DNA of 33,126 nucleotides from an uncultured Oscillospiraceae bacterium (GTDB lineage Bacteria; Bacillota; Clostridia; Oscillospirales; Ruminococcaceae): NCBI GenBank assembly GCA_964628475.1, contig CAZVOQ010000001.1, positions 3,762 to 36,887 of the forward strand, read 5' to 3'. Shown piece by piece: positions 11,282 to 19,628 of this stretch (position 1 is its first letter; each line of letters starts with the position of its first letter). The notes under the pieces were generated by a model. It saw only the letters and a program-made list of their open reading frames with translations, ran no database searches and was not told where the DNA came from. The position numbers and the translations under genes were made by a program.

Positions 11282-12700
11282 TTAGCTTTTAATTTTCCCT
11301 GTTAAAATATGGCTGCCTTTTTTATCAAAAGTGATATTTGTTACATCAGTTTTATAAAAATCGGCTAATATCTCTATAACCTTTGGCCCACAGAATCCGC
11401 CTTGACATCTTCCCATGCCAGCGCCTGCCCTTCTTTTTACTCCCTCTAGGGAAACTGGTGGTATTGGGCTATCAAAGCAATCTAATATTTCGCCCTCTGT
11501 TATTGTTTCGCATCGGCAAATAACTCTTGCATACTTAGAATTCTCTTTTATTAATTTCTTTTTTTCTTCTAAAGATAAATGCTTAAATCTTATTTTATTT
11601 CTTATTTTAATAAAATTGTCTTTTTGTGTTAATTCTTCTTTTTCGTTTAATAATTCACTGCAATACTTACCTATTGCAACTGCTGCTGAAAGCCCTGGCG
11701 ATTTAATTCCCGCTACATCAAAAAAGCCTTTAGTTTCGCTTTCTTTAATTATAAAATCCGAATTATCACTTATGGCACGAAGCCCTGAAAAATTCCTAAC
11801 ATTTTGCCAAAATTCAATTTTAGGCGATGTTTTTTGAGCTAGAGTGCGAACTTCGCTTAATCCATCTGCTGTTGTTCTTGTTGAAAAATCTTCTTGAAGT
11901 GCATTATTTGGGCCAACTATTAAATTCCCATGAACTGTTGGCGCTACTAAAACGCCTTTTGTCATCCCTGATGGAGCTTGAAATATAACATGTTTTACTA
12001 AATCACCTTGATTTTTATCTAACAAATAATACTGCCCTGAATAAGGCGTTATTTTATGATTTTCTTTTGCAATCATATTATGAACTTTATCTGAAAAAAC
12101 TCCAGCACAATTAAATATATATCTGGTTTTGAATATTTTATTATTTGTTTTTATATTAAAATTCTCATCTTTTGTTATTGATAAAACTTCAGTATTTAAA
12201 AATAATTCAGCTTTATTATTAACAGCCGTTTCAAGCATAGCCAAAGTTAAATCCCAAGGCTCAACGATTGCTGCACTAGGAGCATATAAAGCCTTTGTCA
12301 CATCTTTATTTAAATTCGGCTCTTTTTTTAATATTTCATCCTTTTCAATTATTCTTAAATTTGGCACGCCATTTTTTATGCCCCTATCAAATAATTTTTG
12401 TATTTCTTTTTCTTCCTCTTTATTAAAAGCTAAAACTAAAGAGCCAATTTCATCGCATTTAACATTTAATTCTTTGCATAATTCTTTTGTTAATACATTT
12501 CCCTCAACGTTTAATTTTGCCATTAGTGTTCCTGGCTCTGGGTCATAGCCTGCGTGAATAATAGCACTATTTGCTTTACTTGTTCCTTGAGAAACATCGT
12601 TTTCTTTTTCTAAAACTGCCACTTTTAAATTAAACTGAGATAGATAATAAGAAACACTCGCACCAACTACACCAGCTCCAATAACTACAACATCATACAT
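11282..12700 (-). CDS. FAD-dependent glycerol-3-phosphate dehydrogenase/oxidase-type flavoprotein with BFD-like [2Fe-2S] domain
   Basis: VVVIGAGVVGASVSYYL FAD fold. C-terminal Cys pattern RVICRCETITEGEI ... GMGRCQGGFCGPKV. First gene of a four-gene operon that ends in glpK. Confidence 0.8.
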   Translation of the reverse strand: MYDVVVIGAGVVGASVSYYLSQFNLKVAVLEKENDVSQGTSKANSAIIHAGYDPEPGTLMAKLNVEGNVLTKELCKELNVKCDEIGSLVLAFNKEEEKEIQKLFDRGIKNGVPNLRIIEKDEILKKEPNLNKDVTKALYAPSAAIVEPWDLTLAMLETAVNNKAELFLNTEVLSITKDENFNIKTNNKIFKTRYIFNCAGVFSDKVHNMIAKENHKITPYSGQYYLLDKNQGDLVKHVIFQAPSGMTKGVLVAPTVHGNLIVGPNNALQEDFSTRTTADGLSEVRTLAQKTSPKIEFWQNVRNFSGLRAISDNSDFIIKESETKGFFDVAGIKSPGLSAAVAIGKYCSELLNEKEELTQKDNFIKIRNKIRFKHLSLEEKKKLIKENSKYARVICRCETITEGEILDCFDSPIPPVSLEGVKRRAGAGMGRCQGGFCGPKVIEILADFYKTDVTNITFDKKGSHILTGKIKS

Positions 12701-12722
12701 ATAAATTTACCCCTTTTTCTTT

Positions 12723-12780
12723 AATAAAAAATAAAAAAGCACTGCAAATAAACCCCAAAAGGGATAAATTTGCAATGCTC
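12723..12780 (-). terminator. leader (attenuator-type) intrinsic terminator upstream of the glycerol operon
   Basis: On the minus strand a 12-bp stem (12779-12768 / 12749-12738) contains one G.U that would be a C/A mismatch on the plus strand. TTTTTATTTTTTATT follows. The structure lies just 5' of the AAAGGGG RBS and the ATG at 12700. Confidence 0.65.
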
Positions 12781-13096
12781 TTAATCTCTAAGCAATATAT
12801 TCTTAAGTTTAGATTAACATATTATGCACAAAAAATCAAGCCAAATGTTCACATAATTACCATTGCCTTTTTTTTAATTAAATGATAAAATATTCATTGG
12901 GTAAAAATACCTTTAATAAAACATAGGCTTTATAAATTAAATTTTGCAAGGTGTAAAATAAGAAAGCCGAGAATATATAAGAAATAAAAACTTATATATT
13001 TTATAAACTAAAAAGACTAAGGAAAAAGGATGAAACAATTTCATCGGATCACCTTTAATCTAAATTGCACATCAGTGCAAGAAACGGAGATTTAAA

Positions 13097-14383
13097 ATGA
13101 TTAAAGCAATCGTAGGCGCAAACTGGGGCGATGAAGGAAAAGGAAAAATCACAGATATGCTTTCAAGCGAAGCTGATATTATCGTAAGATACCAAGGCGG
13201 TAGCAATGCTGGGCATACAATCGTTAATGACTATGGTAAATTTGCACTTCACTTACTGCCATCAGGAGTTTTTTACAATCACACAACTAGCGTTATCGCA
13301 AATGGTGTGGCTCTAAATATTCCATATCTAGTTAATGAAATCAATAGCATAACAGAAAAAGGAGTTCCAACTCCTAAAGTTATTGTATCTGATAGAGCAA
13401 ATCTAATTATGCCATACCATCTTCTTTTTGATGAATATGAAGAAGAACGCTTAGGAAAAAACAGCTTTGGCTCAACTAAATCTGGTATAGCTCCTTGCTA
13501 TTCAGACAGATATGCAAAAATCGGCTTTCAAGTTAATGAATTATTTGATGATGAAACATTAAAAAGAAAAATCGAAAATGTTGTAACTCAAAAAAATGTT
13601 ATCCTAGAACATCTATACAAAAAACCTTTACTTGATAAAGAAGAATTATACAATGAAATGGTGCGTCAAAGAGAATTAGTGCGACCTTTTGTTCAAGACA
13701 CTGCTCTATTTTTAAATGAAGCATTAAAAGAAAATAAAACTATCCTTTTAGAAGGCCAATTAGGCGCTTTAAGAGATATTGATTTAGGCATATACCCAAT
13801 GGTTACATCTTCTTCAACTCTAGCATCTTTTGGTGCTCCTGGGGCTGGTGTTCCTCCATATGCTGTAAAGCAAATTTATGCTGTGGCTAAGGCTTACTCA
13901 TCTTGCGTTGGTGCAGGTCCATTCGTTAGCGAATTATTCGGCGAAGAAGCCGATGAAATGAGAAGACGTGGTGGCGACGGTGGCGAATATGGCGCTACAA
14001 CTGGACGTCCTCGTAGAGTTGGCTGGTTTGACGCTGTGGCTACAAAATACGGCTGTATGGTTCAAGGTGCAACTGATGTTGTTTTATCTGTTTTAGATCC
14101 ACTAGGCTACTTAGAAGAATTAAAAATTTGTACTGGATATGAAATCGATGGCAAAATTACAAAATCTTTCCCTAACACAACTGCTTTATACAAAGCAAAA
14201 CCAGTTTACACTACTTTAAAAGGCTGGAATAGCGATATTATGGGAATTAAAAACTTTGATGATTTACCACAAGAAGCTAAAGATTATGTTGATTTTATTG
14301 AAAGAGAAATTGGTTTTCCTATTACTATGGTTTCAAACGGACCAAAAAGAAGCGATATTATCTATAGAACTTCAAAACTATAA
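13097..14383 (+). CDS. purA: adenylosuccinate synthase
   Basis: GANWGDEGKGKITD P-loop, QGGSNAGHT, GTTGRPRRVGWFD. 428 aa. Confidence 0.95.
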   Translation: MIKAIVGANWGDEGKGKITDMLSSEADIIVRYQGGSNAGHTIVNDYGKFALHLLPSGVFYNHTTSVIANGVALNIPYLVNEINSITEKGVPTPKVIVSDRANLIMPYHLLFDEYEEERLGKNSFGSTKSGIAPCYSDRYAKIGFQVNELFDDETLKRKIENVVTQKNVILEHLYKKPLLDKEELYNEMVRQRELVRPFVQDTALFLNEALKENKTILLEGQLGALRDIDLGIYPMVTSSSTLASFGAPGAGVPPYAVKQIYAVAKAYSSCVGAGPFVSELFGEEADEMRRRGGDGGEYGATTGRPRRVGWFDAVATKYGCMVQGATDVVLSVLDPLGYLEELKICTGYEIDGKITKSFPNTTALYKAKPVYTTLKGWNSDIMGIKNFDDLPQEAKDYVDFIEREIGFPITMVSNGPKRSDIIYRTSKL

Positions 14384-14422
14384 TAAAAATTAAAAAGAAA
14401 TGGGTTTTCGCCTTTTCTTTAT

Positions 14423-14464
14423 AAAAAATTGTCACTATCAAATTTGATAGTGACAATTTTTTTA
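14423..14464. terminator. bidirectional intrinsic terminator
   Basis: Perfect palindrome aattgtcactatcaaatttgatagtgacaatt (14427-14458) flanked by an A-run and a T-run. Confidence 0.85.
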
Positions 14465-14471
14465 TTATATA

Positions 14472-14684
14472 TTACTTTTTAATTAAGCTATAAATTTCTT
14501 TTATTTCGCTATCTGACGGATTAACCTTTTCATATTCTTTTAAAAGCATTGTAGCTTCTTCATTTCTATTTTCTAAAATAAACGCTCTTACCTGTGCTTT
14601 AATTTGAATCCCAAGTGCAGAAAATTCATTTTTAGCGCTTTGATTTTGCTTTACACTTGATTGAACATCTTCTATTTGAATTTT
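14472..14684 (-). other. 70-codon open, coding-looking tail in frame with and directly after the TAA of the GT2-TPR gene
   Basis: Hand translation: KIQIEDVQSSVKQNQSAKNEFSALGIQIKAQVRAFILENRNEEATMLLKEYEKVNPSDSEIKEIYSLIKK*. There is no ATG/GTG/TTG start or RBS at its 5' end. The terminator follows this tail, not the upstream TAA. Confidence 0.45.
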
Positions 14685-16568
14685 TTAAACATCTGCTAAA
14701 TTTTCATCTAAAGATAATGCTAATTTTAATGCACTTATATAAGGGGGTAAATCAAATTCTTTATTAGAATAAGCTGTATGTAAAACATAGCTAACTGCAT
14801 CCTGTTTATTAATATATTTTATTTGCTCAATATTTAAATTTTCGTTATAAATAGTTAGATTATATAAATTAGAAACACTTAAAAACCATTCAAACATTTC
14901 GCAAATTTCTTTTTTATTTAAATCATTATCTTTTGTAATTAAAGCAGAATATATTAAAGATTTATAATAAAATAAATCTTTAATATCATCCGTTACCTCT
15001 GATGATTTTAAATAAGCATAAACAGTAGTTGCATAATCAGATTTTTCAAAAGATAGCTTATCAAAATTTTTCTCTAACATTGTTGCACTGCATTTTTTTA
15101 TAAAATCAAAATGATTGCTATTATTTTTAATATCAAAATACAAGGCATCTTTAAAATATTCGCTAGTGTATAATAAATCATCATTTAAAATTAGCTCTAA
15201 TTCTTTTTGATTAAAATTAATGAAATCTGATTTTTTTAAATTTAAAATAGCAGTGTATCCATCAAAACTATACGCCAATTCATTTATTAAATCTTCATAT
15301 AACTGGCTATGCTTTGAGCTTGATAGTATTTTCTCTAAAACTGAGATAATTAAAAGCCTTATTTGCTTTTCATTAACTGAGGCTTCATATAATTTTTTTA
15401 TTAAAGAAAATTCTGATAGATTGCAAGCATGTATGATATATTTTTCTAATAAAGGATAGCTATTATTTTGATTATATAAAGCAATTTCATTACTTAAACA
15501 GCTAATGCTTTCTTTTTTCTTATTAAGCTTTAACAAATTTTCACTAAGGCTGATAAAGCTGCTATGATATTCTTTATCATGATTTGTTTTAAAATTTTGC
15601 AAAAGACTAAAATAATTATCTGAATTCTTTTTAATATATTCACAGCACTTTTGATATTTCTTTATATATTCATTTGCCTTTTCATAAAACCCCATCATTT
15701 GGAGAGATTTAAAATACACAAGGGTTATTTCTTGATAAATTAAAGTATTATTACTTACATTTTTAATATTTTCATCGGCAAAAGATATTGCCGCATGAAA
15801 ATTTTCGAGCTTATTTAATAGATTTAATTTTTCATAAATTGCAATTTTATAATAGTCATTATCCAATAAATTATTATCTCTTGCAGCTTTTATCATTCTA
15901 TCAATTTCAATTAGTTTTTGCATATCATTTTCTGTTGCATTAATAATTTGCAGATAATTTCTTAAATCACTCGGATTTTCATTTATCGCTTTATTTAATA
16001 ATTTTTCATTTCTAAGGATTTTCTCATTAGATTTTTTTTGAAAATATCCATCGTGCGATAGCCTAATTTCTAAAGGAAAAACTTCCCCTGTTATGCCTAT
16101 ACCTTCATGAATTAATCCTATAAATTCTCGTTTAGTTTCTTCAAAATTAAATAATCTTGTTAAGCGATATTCTATAAAATCAGATTTGTTATATTTATAA
16201 TCTTTTAAAATAATTGAAGCTTGATTATATTTTTTGCTATTATCACTTTTTAAAAACTCAACTATTTCATCTATTCCATCGGCAAAATGTTCATCAGCAT
16301 CAACAAACATAAACCATCTTCCCTCAGCTTTTTTAGCCCCTGTGTTTCTAGCTTTTGAAAAATCATCACACCAATTAAAATCTAATAATGTGTCGGCATA
16401 TCTTTTTGCTATGTCTTTCGTTTTATCTGTTGAGCCTGTGTCGGTTATAATTATTTGAGTTTTTAATTTATTTTTTAAAGGCATCAAAGATTGCAAACAT
16501 CTCTCTAAAGTTGTCTCTTCATTTTTAACAATTAGTGCTATTGATAAATCAAATTTAAATTCTTTCAT
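14685..16568 (-). CDS. family 2 glycosyltransferase fused to a long helical/TPR-like domain (possibly truncated by a nonsense codon)
   Basis: The N-terminus reads LSIALIVKNEETTLERCLQSL...ITDTGSTDKT...DDFSKARN...FVDADE, the GT-A/GT2 DxD architecture. The remaining 450 aa or so form a helical repeat region. Confidence 0.8.
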   Translation of the reverse strand: MKEFKFDLSIALIVKNEETTLERCLQSLMPLKNKLKTQIIITDTGSTDKTKDIAKRYADTLLDFNWCDDFSKARNTGAKKAEGRWFMFVDADEHFADGIDEIVEFLKSDNSKKYNQASIILKDYKYNKSDFIEYRLTRLFNFEETKREFIGLIHEGIGITGEVFPLEIRLSHDGYFQKKSNEKILRNEKLLNKAINENPSDLRNYLQIINATENDMQKLIEIDRMIKAARDNNLLDNDYYKIAIYEKLNLLNKLENFHAAISFADENIKNVSNNTLIYQEITLVYFKSLQMMGFYEKANEYIKKYQKCCEYIKKNSDNYFSLLQNFKTNHDKEYHSSFISLSENLLKLNKKKESISCLSNEIALYNQNNSYPLLEKYIIHACNLSEFSLIKKLYEASVNEKQIRLLIISVLEKILSSSKHSQLYEDLINELAYSFDGYTAILNLKKSDFINFNQKELELILNDDLLYTSEYFKDALYFDIKNNSNHFDFIKKCSATMLEKNFDKLSFEKSDYATTVYAYLKSSEVTDDIKDLFYYKSLIYSALITKDNDLNKKEICEMFEWFLSVSNLYNLTIYNENLNIEQIKYINKQDAVSYVLHTAYSNKEFDLPPYISALKLALSLDENLADV

Positions 16569-16576
16569 ATCTATTT

Positions 16577-17227
16577 TTATCCTTTATTTTGTATATATTT
16601 CATCACTTCTTCTAAATTATTGAAAATTAAAATATCCTCTTTTAATAATTCTTCACTCGGCATAATAAAATCTGGAACCATACAAACTTTTGCCCCAGCT
16701 TTAATAGCTGCCCAAGTGCCATTGATAGAATCTTCGATTATATAGCTTTCTTTTGGTTTAACATTTAATTTTTCTAATGCTAAAAAGAAAATATCTGGGT
16801 TTGGCTTTCCTTTTTCAACCATATCTCCCCCAACTATAACCTTAAAATATTCTATTAGCCCTGCTAATTCTAATTCTTTTTTAACCATACTTGTTTTAGT
16901 TGAAGATGCTAATGCTATTTTATAATTATTTTCTTTTAAAAATTCTAAAATCTCTTTTATAAAATATTTTTTAATTGGTCCTTTTGATAAAATTAATTCT
17001 TCAAATTCTTCCTCAACTTCTTTAATAATAATATGTATATCATTAATGTGTGGATAACTTTTTTTAAAAACTTCAAGATTTGATTTTTTATCAAGCCCTA
17101 TACAGCTAGCGCAAACTTTTTCTATATCATCTAATTTATATTTTTTTGCTTTTTCTTTATAAATATCTATTATCATTCTCTCTGTATCAAAAATTACACC
17201 ATCCATATCAAAAACAACAGCTTCCAT
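16577..17227 (-). CDS. HAD-superfamily hydrolase (beta-phosphoglucomutase / sugar-phosphatase subfamily)
   Basis: HAD motif I VVFDMDGVIFDTE, motif II ALASST, motif III/IV KGKPNPDIF ... IEDSINGTWAAIKAG. GAGGAG RBS. Confidence 0.8.
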   Translation of the reverse strand: MEAVVFDMDGVIFDTERMIIDIYKEKAKKYKLDDIEKVCASCIGLDKKSNLEVFKKSYPHINDIHIIIKEVEEEFEELILSKGPIKKYFIKEILEFLKENNYKIALASSTKTSMVKKELELAGLIEYFKVIVGGDMVEKGKPNPDIFFLALEKLNVKPKESYIIEDSINGTWAAIKAGAKVCMVPDFIMPSEELLKEDILIFNNLEEVMKYIQNKG

Positions 17228-17271
17228 TTCACATCTCCTCTTTACATATTTTTTAAAATCAATATAATCTA

Positions 17272-17300
17272 ATAGTACAAAAAAAGCCTTGCTATGTCAA
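17272..17300 (-). promoter_or_regulatory. sigma-A-like promoter for the HAD / GT2 operon
   Basis: Minus strand: TTGACA (17300-17295), 17-nt spacer, TACTAT (17277-17272). Confidence 0.55.
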
Positions 17301-17318
17301 TTATTTATTATAAGTTTG

Positions 17319-17347
17319 TTGACATATCTTACTAAGCAAGGTATTAT
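17319..17347 (+). promoter_or_regulatory. sigma-A-like promoter for the FkbM-family gene
   Basis: TTGACA (17319-17324), 17-nt spacer, TATTAT (17342-17347). It lies downstream of the ORF-track start at 17289, which argues for the ATG at 17379. Confidence 0.55.
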
Positions 17348-17378
17348 AAATAAAAAACAGAGTTTCAAGGAGCAAAAA

Positions 17379-18434
17379 ATGCCAGATTTTAATTATGAAA
17401 AGCAAGGACTTTTCGATTATTTAAAAACAGTTAGTAAGCCAATTATGATTTATGGTATGGGTAATGGCGCTGATAATATTTTAAATTTATGTAATGAAAA
17501 TAATATCGCTATTAGCGAGGTATTCGCTAGCGATGAATTTGTTCGTGGACATAGTTTTTGAGGATAGAAAGTTAAAACTTTAAGTGAAATCGAAAATGAT
17601 TATCCTGATTTTATTATTCTTTTAGCGTTTGCTGCCTTTGAAAAAACTTTGATTGATAAATTATATCTTCTAGCGAATAAATACGAATTATATGCACCTG
17701 ATACTGCCTTATTTGGCGGTGGATATTTTGATGTGGATTTTTTAAAAAGTAATATTGAGAATTTTAATTTTGTTTACAATCGCCTAGCCGATGATTTTTC
17801 TAAAAATGTTTTTATCAATATCATAAATTTTAAAATCGAATATCTATCTCCCATTTCCACCACACGCCTTGAAGACTACACTAGTTTACTTACTTTTTCT
17901 AGCGACACAGTTTATGTTGATTTAGGCGCATACAACGGGGATACTATTGAAGAAGTTCTATCAATTAATAATAATATATCTAAAATTATTGCATTTGAGC
18001 CTGATGCTAAAAACTATAAAAAACTAGTTTTAAACACTCAAAATTTAAGTAATATAGAATGCTATAATATCGGCTCTTATAATAAAGAAGACACCCTTTA
18101 TTTTTCTGGAAAAGGCGGGCGAAATTCAGCTTTAAAAAAAGATGGTGATTATAAAATAAATGTTAACAGTGTTGATAATATCTTAAAAGGTGAAAAAGCA
18201 AGCTATATAAAGCTAGATGTAGAAGGGGCTGAATTAAAAAGCCTTGAGGGAGCAAAAAACACTATTATAAATTACAAGCCATCGCTTGGAGTAGCCGCAT
18301 ATCATAGAAATGATGATTTTTTCACTTTAATTAAATATATTGATAGTTTAAATCCGAATTATAAGATATATCTAAGGCATAATCATTATATACCTGCTTG
18401 GGAAACAATTATTTATGCTATTAATGAAAATTAA
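17379..18434 (+). pseudogene. FkbM-family SAM-dependent methyltransferase interrupted by two in-frame stops (TGA 17559-17561, TAG 17565-17567)
   Basis: ORF-track pieces 17289..17561 and 17649..18434 share one frame. The continuous reading is ...VFASDEFVRGHSF*G*KVKTLSEIENDYPDF... The C-terminal part shows the FkbM pattern VYVDLGAYNGDT, IIAFEPD, IKLDVEGAE. AAGGAG RBS before 17379. Confidence 0.65.
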
Positions 18435-18483
18435 TAGCTTGCATTTTTTTATATTATATCAGTTACAACTATATAAATCTTCA

Positions 18484-18545
18484 AAATAAGCCTTGTGATA
18501 TTTAAATTTTAAACCAAATATCAACAAAGGCTTATTTTATTTAAC
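18484..18545 (+). terminator. long imperfect hairpin terminator after the FkbM-family gene
   Basis: Outer stem ataagccttgt / acaaaggcttat (one bulged A) and inner stem gatattt / aaatatc, followed by ttttattt. Confidence 0.6.
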
Positions 18546-18555
18546 ATTCCAAAAA

Positions 18556-18584
18556 TTGACATCATAAAACTTATATGATAAACT
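18556..18584 (+). promoter_or_regulatory. sigma-A-like promoter for the mscS-like operon
   Basis: TTGACA (18556-18561), 17-nt spacer, TAAACT (18579-18584). Confidence 0.5.
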
Positions 18585-18627
18585 TTAATCATTGGATTTA
18601 TAATTTTATATATAAAGGAGAACGATT

Positions 18628-19623
18628 ATGAGCGAAGTAAATGTTAAAACTCAAGCTGAAACCACTAAAGCATCTACAACCCCTAAAAAGAGAAAATCTG
18701 GCAAATTATTTATTTATATTTTAATTATTTTAATCATTGTTTTATTAACTAATCCACAAGTTATTCCATTTATGCCTGCTGGAATATCTGAATTTCTATA
18801 TTCAACATCAAACTCATTCTTTGGCGATATGAGTGGAATTCTTGATATTTTAAGCTTTAATTTAGCTGGAATTGTGCAAGTAATTGTTATGATTTTAGCC
18901 CTACTAGTCTTAAAAGAGATTCTATTAATTATTTTTAAATTTATAAAGCCTTCAACGCCAAGAGGGCAAACTCTGCATCAGCTAGCTAAAAGTTCACTGC
19001 AATATTTCATCGTTTTACTAGGAATATTCTGGGGGCTTAGCCTACTTGGAGTTAATATGACAACACTATTTGCTAGTGCTGGTATTTTAGCTTTAATTAT
19101 TGGGTTTGGTGCTGAAAGTTTAATTGCAGATATTATTACTGGTGCATTTATGATAATTGAAAACCAATTTAATATTAATGATATTATTGAAATCGATAAC
19201 TATCGTGGCACAGTTACTCATATTGGACTTCGCACTACAAATATTCGCGATGTTAGTGGAAATGAAAAAATCTTTAATAATAGCGATATTAGAAATATAA
19301 TAAATTTATCAATAGAAGATAGCTATGCTATTTGTGATATAGCTGTTTCATATGAAGCAGATTTAAATATAGCTAAAGAAACTATAATTGCTTTAATGCA
19401 AAATTTAGCAGAAGAAAATCATGAACTATTTAATAAAATACCAGAATTTCAAGGCGTGCAAGAATTAACAAATGAAGGAGTTATCTTGCGTGTTCGTGCT
19501 AGTTGCAATGAAAAAGATAGATTTAACGTTGCAAGAAAAATAAACTGGGCATTAAAAGAAGGCTTACAAAGAGCTGGAATGGGAGTACCGCATTCGAGCG
19601 AACTTGTTGTAGCTAAGGGGTAA
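18628..19623 (+). CDS. mechanosensitive ion channel family protein (MscS-type)
   Basis: TM helices followed by the conserved core GFGAESLIADIITGAFMIIENQFNINDIIEIDNYRGTVTHIGLRTTNIRD. AAGGAG RBS. Confidence 0.85.
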   Translation: MSEVNVKTQAETTKASTTPKKRKSGKLFIYILIILIIVLLTNPQVIPFMPAGISEFLYSTSNSFFGDMSGILDILSFNLAGIVQVIVMILALLVLKEILLIIFKFIKPSTPRGQTLHQLAKSSLQYFIVLLGIFWGLSLLGVNMTTLFASAGILALIIGFGAESLIADIITGAFMIIENQFNINDIIEIDNYRGTVTHIGLRTTNIRDVSGNEKIFNNSDIRNIINLSIEDSYAICDIAVSYEADLNIAKETIIALMQNLAEENHELFNKIPEFQGVQELTNEGVILRVRASCNEKDRFNVARKINWALKEGLQRAGMGVPHSSELVVAKG

Positions 19624-19628
19624 TCTTT

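Noticed and set aside
12781-13096. Purine riboswitch, T-box or PurR-type element in the long purA leader
   Set aside because: I could not find the conserved purine-riboswitch junction sequences or a T-box motif. Only AT-rich hairpins are present, and those are expected by chance in this composition.
14664-14694. A 24-nt tandem duplication or insertion (flanked by AACATCT repeats) as the origin of the TAA in the GT2-TPR gene
   Set aside because: Only the first 10 nt or so of the two 24-nt units are similar (TTGAACATCT versus TTAAACATCT) and the remainder differs. A point mutation is the simpler explanation.
17559-17567. Alternative genetic code (TGA or TAG read as sense, e.g. code 4/25) as the explanation for the in-frame stops
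   Set aside because: The ACP gene ends in TGA (28148-28146), overlapped by the next gene's ATG (ATGA). The MFS gene ends in TAG (25789-25787), 6 nt before the GH2 start. No other long ORF in 33 kb needs TGA or TAG read-through, so standard code 11 fits everything else.
17553-17585. Programmed +1 or -1 frameshift on the T5 run (17555-17559) to bypass the TGA/TAG pair
   Set aside because: Both shifted frames hit stops within 7 codons (+1: EDRKL KL*; -1: LRIES*), and the downstream methyltransferase domain is in the original frame. Frameshifting therefore cannot rescue the protein.
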